Origin: Catajapyx aquilonaris
Taxonomy: Eukaryota
NCBI GenBank assembly: GCA_000934665.2
Contig: KZ538234.1
Span: forward strand, 1 to 64,000
DNA: 64,000 nucleotides
Direction: 5' to 3'
The position numbers and the translations under genes are program-made. Numbering within the stretch: the first letter of the stretch is position 1; each line of letters begins with the position of its first letter. Below the pieces are notes generated by a model. That model saw only the letters and a list, made by a program, of their open reading frames with translations, did not search any database and was not told the DNA's origin. Below, piece by piece: positions 27,501 through 39,500 of the stretch.

Positions 27501-30500
27501 CCATAATTGGCCATTAAAGGTGGGAGCGAGACACAGTAACGACCAAGTTATTGCAGCTCTTCGCGAAAAGTGCTAAATCACTCTTCTCGCCTCGTGTTTG
27601 CCGATTAGCTTTCAATAAACCGACATCACGCCCATGCTGGCTCGTTTCAGGCAAACTCAAGCGCAAATATTGACGCACCCAATACGAGCTGATTCCATTA
27701 ATTAAGGCTCCTTATTATAAAAACAACAACAAAAACAAATCGGGGCAAAAATGTTTTAATTAGTGGCTAAGCCCGGAAGGGACCGATTGTTTGAAGTGGG
27801 AGGTGCTTTTTAAAATATTTATAAAAAGCATTTAATTTGGATCCCACCTTTTCCAGATGGGCCTTCAATCAGGGCCGACACCGTAATCCGGGCCGGGAAA
27901 TTAGAATATGATAATGATTAGGTGTCCGCGATGAGAATAAGGCCCTCGGGCAACGCATTCAAGAGGTCGCGTGACCTTTACCATCTCGCGAGGGTTTTTA
28001 ACCCTACTTTGGTGCTTGTCTGAACCCAACAATGTACCTGCCAAACTATAACACGTAGTCCTCAAATTATTCTCTCTTTTTTTCTCTCTCTCGCTTCTTC
28101 CGATTCGTGCCGATATGCATCGCACATGAAGCTGGGATTCCTGATTGTTCTCGCATTTCTTGCCAATATGCAAATCATCCCGCCTTGTAATCCCGAGCCC
28201 TCCAAAGTGCCAATTTGAATCACGGTTTTACACGGATAATTACAAGTGTGAATCCAAGCGGTAATAATGTCCCGTATCTAAATCGACATAGTGGCCACTC
28301 AGCCAGCACGACCTTCAAAAGGGGAAGACGAACCCTTTGGCAAAAACCACAAAAAAAAACATGGTCCTTAGCAAAACATTGTCGCTTTATCGTCATGTCC
28401 TGCAGCTAAAATAATGACCTCTCTGATTCCACCTTGCCCTCCTTGATGGGGAGCAGTGATAATGTTTCACAGCTCAACTACTGTCCCAGGCTGCAAAAGA
28501 TGGAGGTACGTGTATATGTTGCCGGAGGGTATGAAGGCAGCCATGCGAAGCACAGACGCCCATTACCCAACTTCTTATATTCCCCTCCTTTTTTTTATAC
28601 GCCTTAATTGTATTCGGACCACTCCAACTACTTAGAATGCAGCACCTATCATGTGAACCGGGGCAGAAAGATGGTGGGGGAGGATTTTACAGATAAAGAG
28701 ATGGTAGCGGATTCCGAGGACAGCCCTTCTCCATCCACGCTTGTTCAGTGCAGGAGCAGATTATCATTTTATAAGACGAGGTAGCAGTCCTTGATGGTCA
28801 ATGATGCCCACTTCTTGAAGGAATCGGCCAAAACTTCCAACAAAATAATCATGGTAAAACGAATTTCCGCACAGTTGGAACCAATTCAGAATTTGTGCTG
28901 TAAATTAGTCAGGAACGTAACCGTAAACTGAAATTATTTTATTGGGGGGGCCGAATTTTGGTGGAGGAAGAGGGGTGGGTGGGGTTCTGTATAAAATGAC
29001 GATGGGGGGATGGATACGGTGGAAGTCATAAATATTTATGAAACAATGGGATCCATTGAAGAATGGCGAATGAATGCAAAGACGAGTGTGCTTGCGAAAG
29101 GCGTCGCCCCGCTTTCATATTCCGACAAAAACCAGGGAAAAAATTGGACCGGTTGCTCGTAAAGATTAATCAAGGGTTGCTCCCTCTCCTGCACAAATGT
29201 ACACTACTTCAGAAGTGAATAAGTCAAGTGAAGTAAAACAGCCGCCCCATGTTCCGTTTCACTTGGCCGCCTGCAATCTCCCGTTTTTACCATTTTCTTG
29301 CCTCCTACTAACTCCCAGACATTTTTTTTCGTTGGCTTGTTTCTTTGGATCCGCCCTTCCTTTCTCAAACAAACATTTGCATCACATGGAATGAGATCTG
29401 ATAATGCTTCAAGTCCCCGGCATTCAAATCCTTCCAAATTATATGTCACACAATGTTGGTGCATAACATGGGGTACAATTTGAAAATGCCGCTAAACACA
29501 CGCTGTCGGGTAGAAGTGATCAAAATTATGCAAAATGCTACTCGTATTTGCAATTCAAACACTCACTTTTGAGCTCTACGATTTCAGAAGTGAAGTTGAA
29601 AATAAAGTTGTCGTGACTGACTTTTACACATTGTGATGCAGTAATGTATATTTATGCGTACTCTTGGTTAATGGGGTTGGGTTTCCTCAATTTTTATAGG
29701 GAAATGTCACGATGGTTTTTGTTTGATCAAGTATAATAACTACATTTATTAGAGAAATAGTCAAGCACTGCATTAATATTTACTATATGCTCATGTAAAT
29801 TAAATTGCAATTTAAACTGACAGAGTTTTCTCTAAACCGTAAGTTAATATGGGATAAGGAAAGTTAAAATCTATAAGATGCTTCAAATCATAACCCGAAA
29901 TTTACGAAATATATATTTCAATTTCATTTGAGGTAAAATTAGGTTCTTGCTGATAAAAATAACTGTATATCCATTTGAGAAATGCACCCGAAAATTATAA
30001 TACTGTTGTAGTACAGTACCTGCCAATAATAAGGCACGACACAGTTCTCCCCTGATATTAGTGAGCACGACGCACAGGAGGAGCATATAGGTCATCAAAC
30101 TTCCAGGATGAAGACGCAAAAATATGTTCAGAAGAAACGCAGGCCGCTTTCGTATTCCTTTTATCGGAATAATAATAATATCGTCATACAGAATCCCAAT
30201 TACTAATCATGAAAGATGCGCAAAGTCATGACATTGACGTGCCTGGTAAACACGAAGGAGAAATGTGCAATTTCCTGGATATCACTAGCTGGTACTTTGA
30301 CTTATAAGGAAAAGGTCTCTTCCGTATCGCAACCGTATGCCCATAAGCAATTTTAAAATTGTTGGAATGGTGGCCGCAGGTTAGTACATCGCACTCATTC
30401 CATCGTTCCCTGCGTCCCTCCAGGCCTTCGCTTATTCCGCAACAAAAAAGGCCGTCGCGTCGTTCCGTTCATGCAGAATCAGGTACCATGATGAGTAGCC

Positions 30501-33500
30501 ATAATGTGTATAATTTTCAGTAAGTTCTTGAAAGTGTCGGCGTCAACCAAATATGTCATATCCATTTGTGTAATTAAAAATTATAATAATATGAAACGGA
30601 CTATACAAGTTCAACGATTTGATCAAAAGAACAAAACATACCGGCCAGCATTTAATAACGCATACACGACAGTCCCGATTATCATTGGCTCGCGACCGAT
30701 CAACCAATGCCCTAGAAAAGCCTTCTTCTTACTACCTTATACCTCGCTAAGTGACTATTCCTTGAACCCTTCAAGTACAAAGTGGCCTCTCGTTGATCAC
30801 CTTAGCATGACGAATGGGCCTCAGGATGAACGTTCCAGCAGCAGATATAAACCTTTCCCTCCTCCACCTGAATGCCAATTGATTAGGCAGATTTACAGTA
30901 TTTACAACAGCACGCGTCATAATTTATAGGGATTCGCAGACAAGGACAAACTGCGCGAGATTGTTATTTGCACGCGACGCCAAATTAGGAGACAAACATC
31001 CCAACCTCCTCGATCGTGATTTTAATCACTCCCAAAGCGTGATTTGGTAGCAATGAAGTCATTTGCTGTTCCCATCCAGGTTTCAATTGGCAAGTCTAAT
31101 CAAGTTTCGAAACCGATTTATTGACTTCCAGAATAATCCTGTCTGGCTTCAGTTTCCTTATTCGTTTCCGTTCATCTGGGTTTAGGGAACTTAACACGGT
31201 TTAAAACTTATTTTGTGTAGAATCACGTGCTAGGTACATGCAAAAGTGCACGAGACGCATGACTCGATGCTCGTGATTTGGCGCGAAGATAGCACAAAAA
31301 TCCTTGACACTTGCGAAATGTGACATTCGGAATGAATCAAGGATCAAGAACCTCACCAGAATACCAATGTGTTGTTTTTGCGTATGATGAAACGCAGATG
31401 GCAAAAATAAGTACATCCCATTAAAAATCTGGGTTGAATCTATGGATCAAACAACCTATACTACTTTTTTTTCCCCCCCTGCACAAGTCATTTTTTTTGT
31501 GTGTATGTCACTTGAGTAATTTCACTTCATTGGTGAATTTCACACGGTGAAATGGCAGTGACCGGCTGCTTCCTGCGTTATACATCACTTGAAGAAACTG
31601 GTTCGCCAACAGGTGCAAAAAAGGGAAATGACGGCGCCCGTTTTCGGTCGCCAAAAATCGTCGAAAAGTGGGTTATCTCACCTCTAATCGTTTCCCTGAT
31701 ATATGTGCCAATCAGCCAGTGTTTTACATGGCAACACCGCGATTATACCACCCAGCTCGCTCAATAGATTTCAGCAAAGTAACTGAAATGCTAAAATAGA
31801 CATTTCTATGTCACATCTCGTCTGTTTACTAGCATTGTTCTCATACTCTGCTGGAAACCTGTTTATTTATCGTCACACAGTCACCATTCTCATGTCAGAA
31901 GAGGCATATAACTGTGCCTGAATGGTGGTGGAGCCATGAAAGTGCATTTGCGGAGGGAAGTTATGGCGATGTGCATATAGGAAGTAGGTTCCATTTTTGG
32001 GGGCTTCCAAAAGTTCAACCTGTTCATCCCTAACCACAATATAAACTCTCTTTCTCTCACATAAAAATCAAGAGACAAAATAATTGCCTCATTTGCACAA
32101 ATTACAACCCGGTCCTGGCTTGATCAACAGAATGGTGGCTTTAATCATCATAATTTAGGTCCGGGTTAGGCCTTCCTTTTCTCTCCCCCCTTTACCCCCC
32201 ATAAGACGGGAGTAATTATTGAGGTGGTGTCTTTGACTCATTAATTCAGTTCATGTCCCTTTTCCGTAGTGTGGACGAGAAAATTATTGGGCGGAATCAA
32301 ACTTTTTTCCTTCCAAAATGGTACTGATTTCCATACGTGCTAATATAATCTGCCATAACTCTTTTTTTTTTCCTCCGGAGGGGCATATGCTCAATGTTGA
32401 AAAACGATAATTTACGTGTAATTTATATTGCACTGAGGGTTAATAAATCTCCGGCGTTTCCCACACTTTTTCGTCCTAACCTGGCGTGGGATTTCAATTT
32501 TTTCCTCCCTTACACCCTCCAATACACTCTAACCTACAATAGAACCCCCTTCAAAAAAAACAACAAAATATTTTTTTCCAATGTTTTCATGGGCAACAAT
32601 CAATAGCGGGAGGAACAATCAGAGAGCTTCCTGCCTTAACCCTAGCTTTTCTCCTTGACATTTCCATAATAGCTTTACAGTTGCTTACTAATTACATCAA
32701 TATAACAATAAAACATCGGGAGGATGAGTTGGCATTTGGGGCCATTTCCTCCGAGATCACATTACCTTGTGGGCGAAGGTTTATGAGTTAGATAAGACAA
32801 ATCTCACGTTCACGCGGAATCGATTTTAGCTTGTGCAATAGATGCAGTTATTACCTCCAATGCAAATGTCAATGAGCACATACCAGTGTGTGAACCCGCA
32901 CTCAGTTTAAACATTGTCAGATAACGACCGAGCATCAATTTGCTGAAAAAACCTAACCCAAATTAGCAACAGTGATTGACAAATTGGAGCATTCCGTGTG
33001 TATGATTGATGAAGTCGCATCCAGATTCATCCATCAGAGTCGGTCTGGAACCTCATGACAATTGTAAAGAGTCGCCTAAACGATGTTTAATGTGTGTGTA
33101 CTTAGAAGATGGAAGGAAATGAGAGTAGAAAATGAGAAGTGGCTCATGGCTGGACACGGGTTATTAATCGCCAGGCCAAGTCCAAGCACGCAACTGACGC
33201 CATTTGGCTCATTTTGCGCCGGTTCCTTCCCTCTGATGGATTGCCCTCCGCACAAGACTACCAGACCCACTTTTTGGGGCCACCCACAATTAGGACCCGA
33301 ACACGTCGCCATTCCGTTTACTGTAAGTCACGCTCCGATTTGACGAATTAACGAGCCGACTGTAAATATTTGCGACTAATTGTACGTCCGACTCATATGA
33401 CGCACGATTTTTTTGTGCGACGCGTCTGAAGCCGCACATTTTTTTAGAGTCTGTATTTTTCCAGTACGTAATGAAAACGCAGCCATGAAAATGATACGTC

Positions 33501-36500
33501 ATTTCGCAATCAAAGCCCATCAAGTTCCCCCCCCTTGAAACCTTAAGGTTCGGCTATAACCCTTTCCTCACCGCCTTGGGACAAATTCTCCTAACGTTCC
33601 AGAAGCAACCCAACCATTTCGCACTCCCACCAATTTGATGCAATTTCCCCACCCTCTGGAAAAAAAAGAAAAAAGAAAAAAAAGAGCCTATCCTACCTTG
33701 TCATACAGGAGGAAGCCCCCTTTTTATTACCCTAATAAGAGGGTTAAGTTGAATTCCCCTTGCGTTTATAGGTTTCAGGGGGTAATTTGGGCCGATATTC
33801 ATCCTACGCAAACCGAAATCCTTTTTCTGCCGCTGGCTACTCAGCTTAAACCCTTTCACCATTTTTTTTTTCGAGCTTGAAATCAACCATATATCTAACG
33901 CATTATTACCTATCAAAGCCATGTTTTTGCTCCCTCAAATCCCCGCAACCTCCCTTCAAATCAAACCCTCCTCTAAACTCATCAGGGCCACGATATTATA
34001 ATGCGTGGGACGATACTATCGAGCCAAGTGGAACATAATTCTGTGATTGACCGCTATATCTCGACGGGGGCTCAAATAGGCTCAAGGTAAGAGTTATGAG
34101 TCGATTTCATACGTGCCGCAGGTTACCGTGTTAAGTTACGTACAGCAGTAGCAATTTAATGTGAACATTGAGCTGTCGAAAAATAATTTCTTATTCGTGA
34201 CAACAATTGTGACGTCCCAGCTTTTAATAATTTGCATGTTTATTTTATTTATTTATTTAAAGAGTGCTCGTAGTCCGTTATTATTTAGAGAATGTATCTT
34301 TAATATAATAATTAGAATATGTATTTCTATCGACTGTCTACAATTCCTCATCATACGCACGCAAAAGGGCGAAACCCAACAGAGGGGGGTGCGAAGCCCC
34401 ATCGCCGAGCTTAGCGACATTACTCACCAGCGTCCAGTATCCTTTGTTTGACACTGTGCTGCCTCCCGTGCCAGAACTGCCAGGCTTTGATTTCGTCTTC
34501 AGGTGATTTCTCCTCACGGAACACCAGCATCACCACACTCTGTGAATAAAAGAAAACCCAAACAATGTTAAATCTAGGGTCATGCGCATCTATTTAAATT
34601 GGCAAGCAGCTAACCCGCATCTATCTAGCGGGTAGAAGTTATCGACCTTTTCGCCAATGACGTTAGTGGCCCGGGAAAAAATAGCCAGTGTGCCGAGTCT
34701 TTGACCGGCAGGTCCCTCGCCTCGTCTCCCAACAGGCATTTTTTCCTCGCATTTGCAAAACAAATCCGCCAACGGAATTTGCGTGCGAAGTTAAAAGTGG
34801 GCGGAGGATCAGCCCGTGTCTCTACGCCCTTTTCGTGATCGCGTTGGGAGCTTTCATGAGTTTCGTGGGGGGTGCACTAATGTCAAGGGAGCTCCAACAC
34901 CATGGGGTCTTAACATTGCTCAAAAATTTTTTACATAACCAAAAAATTCAAATTGGATGGATTCAATTTTAGGGTCCATCCCCATCACTCTTTGGTGGCT
35001 GACAAACTTGTGAACATGCCTAATTTTTCTTCTAGCTCTTCGTGTAACAAAAAAAAGCATCATGGATATACATTTAAAAAAAAACGTCCGGCATAATTAA
35101 AGGCACTGGAGAAACGAAGATGAAGAGAAAAAAAAGAAGGCATCGCAAGAGGCGAGTCTCGCAAAAGGGTGTTGAATCAATGCGTCACGAAAAGGTTGGC
35201 AAGGTATCATTATCGGCCTGGGAATTATGGGAGGGAAGTGAATTCACCCTCACACACTCAACAATGATTTTTTAGAACCCTTTTTTTTCTTCCACATATC
35301 CACATGCCCCTCAACTATGTTTTAGGGAGTGTATATTTTTGCACGGTTCAGGATAAGGGATTTAATTTTTTCCTGTGGCATGTAACTCTCACGCCCCAAC
35401 AATCGGAATAGTATTGTTAATGCAAAGTAGGGTGATTTTTATTCTTCCGGCAATACAAAAGCGCAGTTAGGTATCAGGGCGGGGCATAAGGAAGTATGCG
35501 ACAACTTCTTTGAAAGAAAAGCACCCACTTTCCCAGCCGACCAAAAAAAAAAAAATCGTGGTAATTACCTGCACCATTAATCAAGATACTTTCCTTCTGC
35601 CTCTTTGGACAACGACGATTGTCATCAGTCGTAATAATTAAAAGTGGGGGAAACCTAGAGGCAGCAGGTTGGCCAATCTAAGTGCGTTGGGTTAGCCATA
35701 GTGAGAGAGAGCGCTTCGGTGTTTGCCAAGTCGAAGCAAAAAGGGTGCTTCTAATGAGCGTGAAGATTGACAAATGGGTATTCTGCTCGCAACCCAATTT
35801 GGGATCTTCTATTGTGCAACCAAGATTTCATTGTCGGATCTGGACGCATTGTTCCAATGCCATGTTTTGAAGAGGCTGCCTTGGCGGGCTAGTCACTCAA
35901 AGAAATACCGGAGGTGCCAACTTCGAATAGCATTTGCCAGGGTATTCCAGGTGGGAGGCGGTGTGACGCTAATCTCTTTTCAGACTGTGAAATATATTTG
36001 GCCGATTGGGTGGCCATCTTGGATCGGTGACGTCATATGTAAATGTTGAGGGGTGCATGTTTGCAAAGAAAGGGGCACCTGGAATGGAGGTTGAACCCGT
36101 GACCTCCGCTAGATCCGACCTTGGCAATTCCCATTAGCAATATCAAATGCACGAGTCAATTAACAGTTATTAAGTAGCTATTATAGCAATTTCTGCACTG
36201 TCACGGCCCTCAGCAGAGTGGCCAAAATGGATTGCATGGACACGGTGGTAGTGATCATCAAGCAACTTCCGTGCCGCAGGGCACCCTCCCAGCAGCTTCA
36301 GGGAGCACAGAGGTCAAGGCAATGTTCTCCCCTCGGGACAAGAGCAGTCCAGCATTTTGGCGAAAACAATCCAGACATATCCTGGTTGCATAACGCCGCG
36401 AGTGACAGTTTGATTTGAATATTTCTGTAGGTCCCAAGGGGTGGGCAGGTAGGCAGTTAGGAAGGTAGAGGGTAAGGGTAACGACCCTTGTTGGGCATGC

Positions 36501-39500
36501 AGCTGGAGATATTGGAGGTAGGGTTAAACAGGGTGGTCTGGAAGGGACGAGGGGGGAAGGAAGGAAGGAAGGCAATTGAGGGTTGACGGCACGCCCATCT
36601 TCAATAGAAGAAGGGAAAGCCTGCTATCAAGTTCCCACCGAGAAGGGTGCATGGGTGGTGCACCAGAATGCTCTTTTTTTCATCTCAGAGGGGGTCTTAC
36701 TCATGCCAACTGACCAAAGGTCAGGACAATATGCAGTATATCGTCTCGTGAACTGAGTGACATCAACGACCGAACAACGGTCAGCATTAGAGGCAGCAGG
36801 AGTTTTCAAGGGCCAAAACACAAACAACGTTCTAAGTCGACCGATACCATCTCCGCTTATAATTGCTTCTTATAATTGTGCAATAAGTTTCACCGTTGAG
36901 ATCATAAGTTCCGCTCCAATGCGACTAGGCAGTAAAACAACAAAATAGCATCAAAACCGTATCAGTTTGGTGGGTAATGTGAACAAATTCTCGCATTTAT
37001 CCGGACATTGCTCCCGGTCGGATAAAATATTACGCTGCTTCCCGATGCGACACGAATGGTCAATTAGGCACTAAAAAGGTAAAAATGGTCTACCTTGACG
37101 GTCTGGCTTTTGATGGGCTTCTCAGGGTCGGGGATGTACTCAAGGGTGATTCCATAGAACTGTCCTTTGTTGATATACGTAATGCGGTCGTCTTCTCGTC
37201 GTTGGCTCGTTGAGATTGGCGACTCCAAGAAGTATTTGAAGCCGTAGTTTGAAAATCTAAATGGTACCCCCCCAAAAAATAGTATAGCTAATTAGACGTT
37301 CTGGTGTAAGTTGAACAACCTGAAGCCATTCCTCATGACCTGGTCAAACCAGGGGCCCTTTGGCTGTAGGGGCCCAGTCCCCCATTTAATCCGTGACTCC
37401 ATAAATCCCATTCCCAAGGTAAAAAAAAAGGGAGCAGCAAAACATAAAATTCAGGATCGCGCTAAATTGAGACATTGCCCGCTTCTGTTACGCTCTTTTT
37501 TGTATGTGGCCATTGTGCCACACCGAACTTAATTTTTGATATATCAGCCACTATATTGGCGGTACTTACACTTTGGGAATCTGTACTTTGTCGGCGTCGT
37601 TCTGTCGTCCGAAGTCGTGCCACGGCCTTGTAGAGCGTGAAGGTGTGGTGGGTGTGCCGGTCGGGGTTCGATTCCCGCCTCCCAGGCCAGGTTCTATCAG
37701 AACGGGTCCGATTTGTGGCTGGCACATCTCATAGTCGAAAGGCTGTACCAAGACAATCAAGTCGCATTAATAAATTGGAGGATTTTGAAACAGCAGTGGA
37801 GTGGCACTCGACTCGCAAGTGTTGTTCCACCTTCTTCAGGATATATGGGGCTTTAGGTTGTGGTGAAGGGGATGATGTTGTACGTCTCCCCTTAGCCACC
37901 TCCAAAAAAACCAAAAAGGTTGACGATAAAAAAGCACCGTCATTTCTCTGGTCGGTCCTCCAACTGTGGTTAGCAAGCTTTTTTTTTTGTCTCCCGCCCC
38001 CAGAATTGTTTCGTCACAGCTGTCGCTACTTCATTTATTGGGCAGCACAAGAGATGGACGGTGACTGTGCAAACTCTGAAGTGCCATTCATATTCCGACT
38101 TCCCGCGTGGTTAATGACTTGCTTGGTCTCGAGAAAGAGGAGGTTGAAGGGTGAAACAAGTTTGACCAAATTTTGCTCTGGTGACGGTATATATATTCGC
38201 AAAGGTCGTTTTCAAATGAAATATTTTTCCCCCTTCGACCTAGGCTCGTCCACTTAACCCCCTTCCACATAACCCCCACTGAGTCGAAACATCCTTGACC
38301 ATATTCCCAGGACACACCGGCGAACCTTGCAAGTTCCTGTGGCCCTTTTGTTCACTTCTGGAGAGATTGCGTGCAGACGACGATCGTATGCAAATTAGAG
38401 AGGCCCAACCTCTCCACCCTTCTTTTAAAAATTCTGAAATGGATATGTACTCACGTGTTGGATGCCGGTCTGATCCCTAGGGGTAATGGCTTCGGCTCCA
38501 ATTCCCGAGTCCGGCGATGGAAGATCGACCGTGAGTCCGGCGGTGCTGCTTTTGTACGTCGTAGCAGTGCTGGGTCCCGTCGAAGTTGCCGCCGACGGTC
38601 GCATATAACGCTCCACAAATGCTCCCGCCCCATCTTGGCCATCGGAGTACAAGGGTTGCCTCACTGCGCCGTACTGGCTTTCGTTTGGGGTCCCTGGACC
38701 TATAAAGTCGCAGTTCAGAACACGATAAGATGTGAAGCGGAGAATTCAATGCTGGAATACTCAAGGATCTGAATCTTGAGAGTGTATCTAAATGTCGGTA
38801 ATAGTGATACGTTCCTAATGAAGACCAACCTGGGAAGTATTCTCTGAAGTATGTGACATCTGATGCGGTGGAGTAGACAGGTCCGTTGGACCTGGACAAT
38901 GAGGGTTGTGATACACTGTATGCTGCGGCATTAGCGGCTGCTGCTGCAGCTGCTGCGGCCACGGCTGCGGCGCTGGCGGAATGGACATTGGCGTATTGCG
39001 CTGCGGCGTCGAACGACGTCTGCGGCGGCGGCGGGGGAGGTGGTGGCACGGAGGCCAAAGTGGCGAACAGGTGGGAGGGATATGATTGGACGCTGGAAGA
39101 CATGGCTGAGCCCTTGTCGTCCTCGCCACTGCTGCTATTGCTGCCCACCGGCGTTGGCGTCGGTGTTGGCGTCGACGTTGGGGTGGCAGACCCGCTGCGA
39201 GGGGTGCCTCGGGCGCTGGGACTCCCGGGCTCGCGCTTTACGCTCACTCCACTAAAAGTACACAAGGTCCCCCATCCACGTTGCTTCTTAGTATCAACGT
39301 TTGCACATCTCTCCTTCATCTCTCCTTAAACTACAGCACTTTATACATGACAGGGGCGCAGGTCACAAGAGTATTCATTACTGCACATTTTCATATTCAA
39401 TCACATCATCACTGCACTGTACTATTTCGTGACTAGCCAAATCAGCATTAGCAATATGCCAGAGGTATGTTATAGACCCAATTGACAAACTAATCAAAAA

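Noticed and set aside
36075..36125. TTGAACCCGTGACCTC, resembling a reversed tRNA T-arm
   Set aside because: No cloverleaf or A-box; at most a tiny repeat fragment
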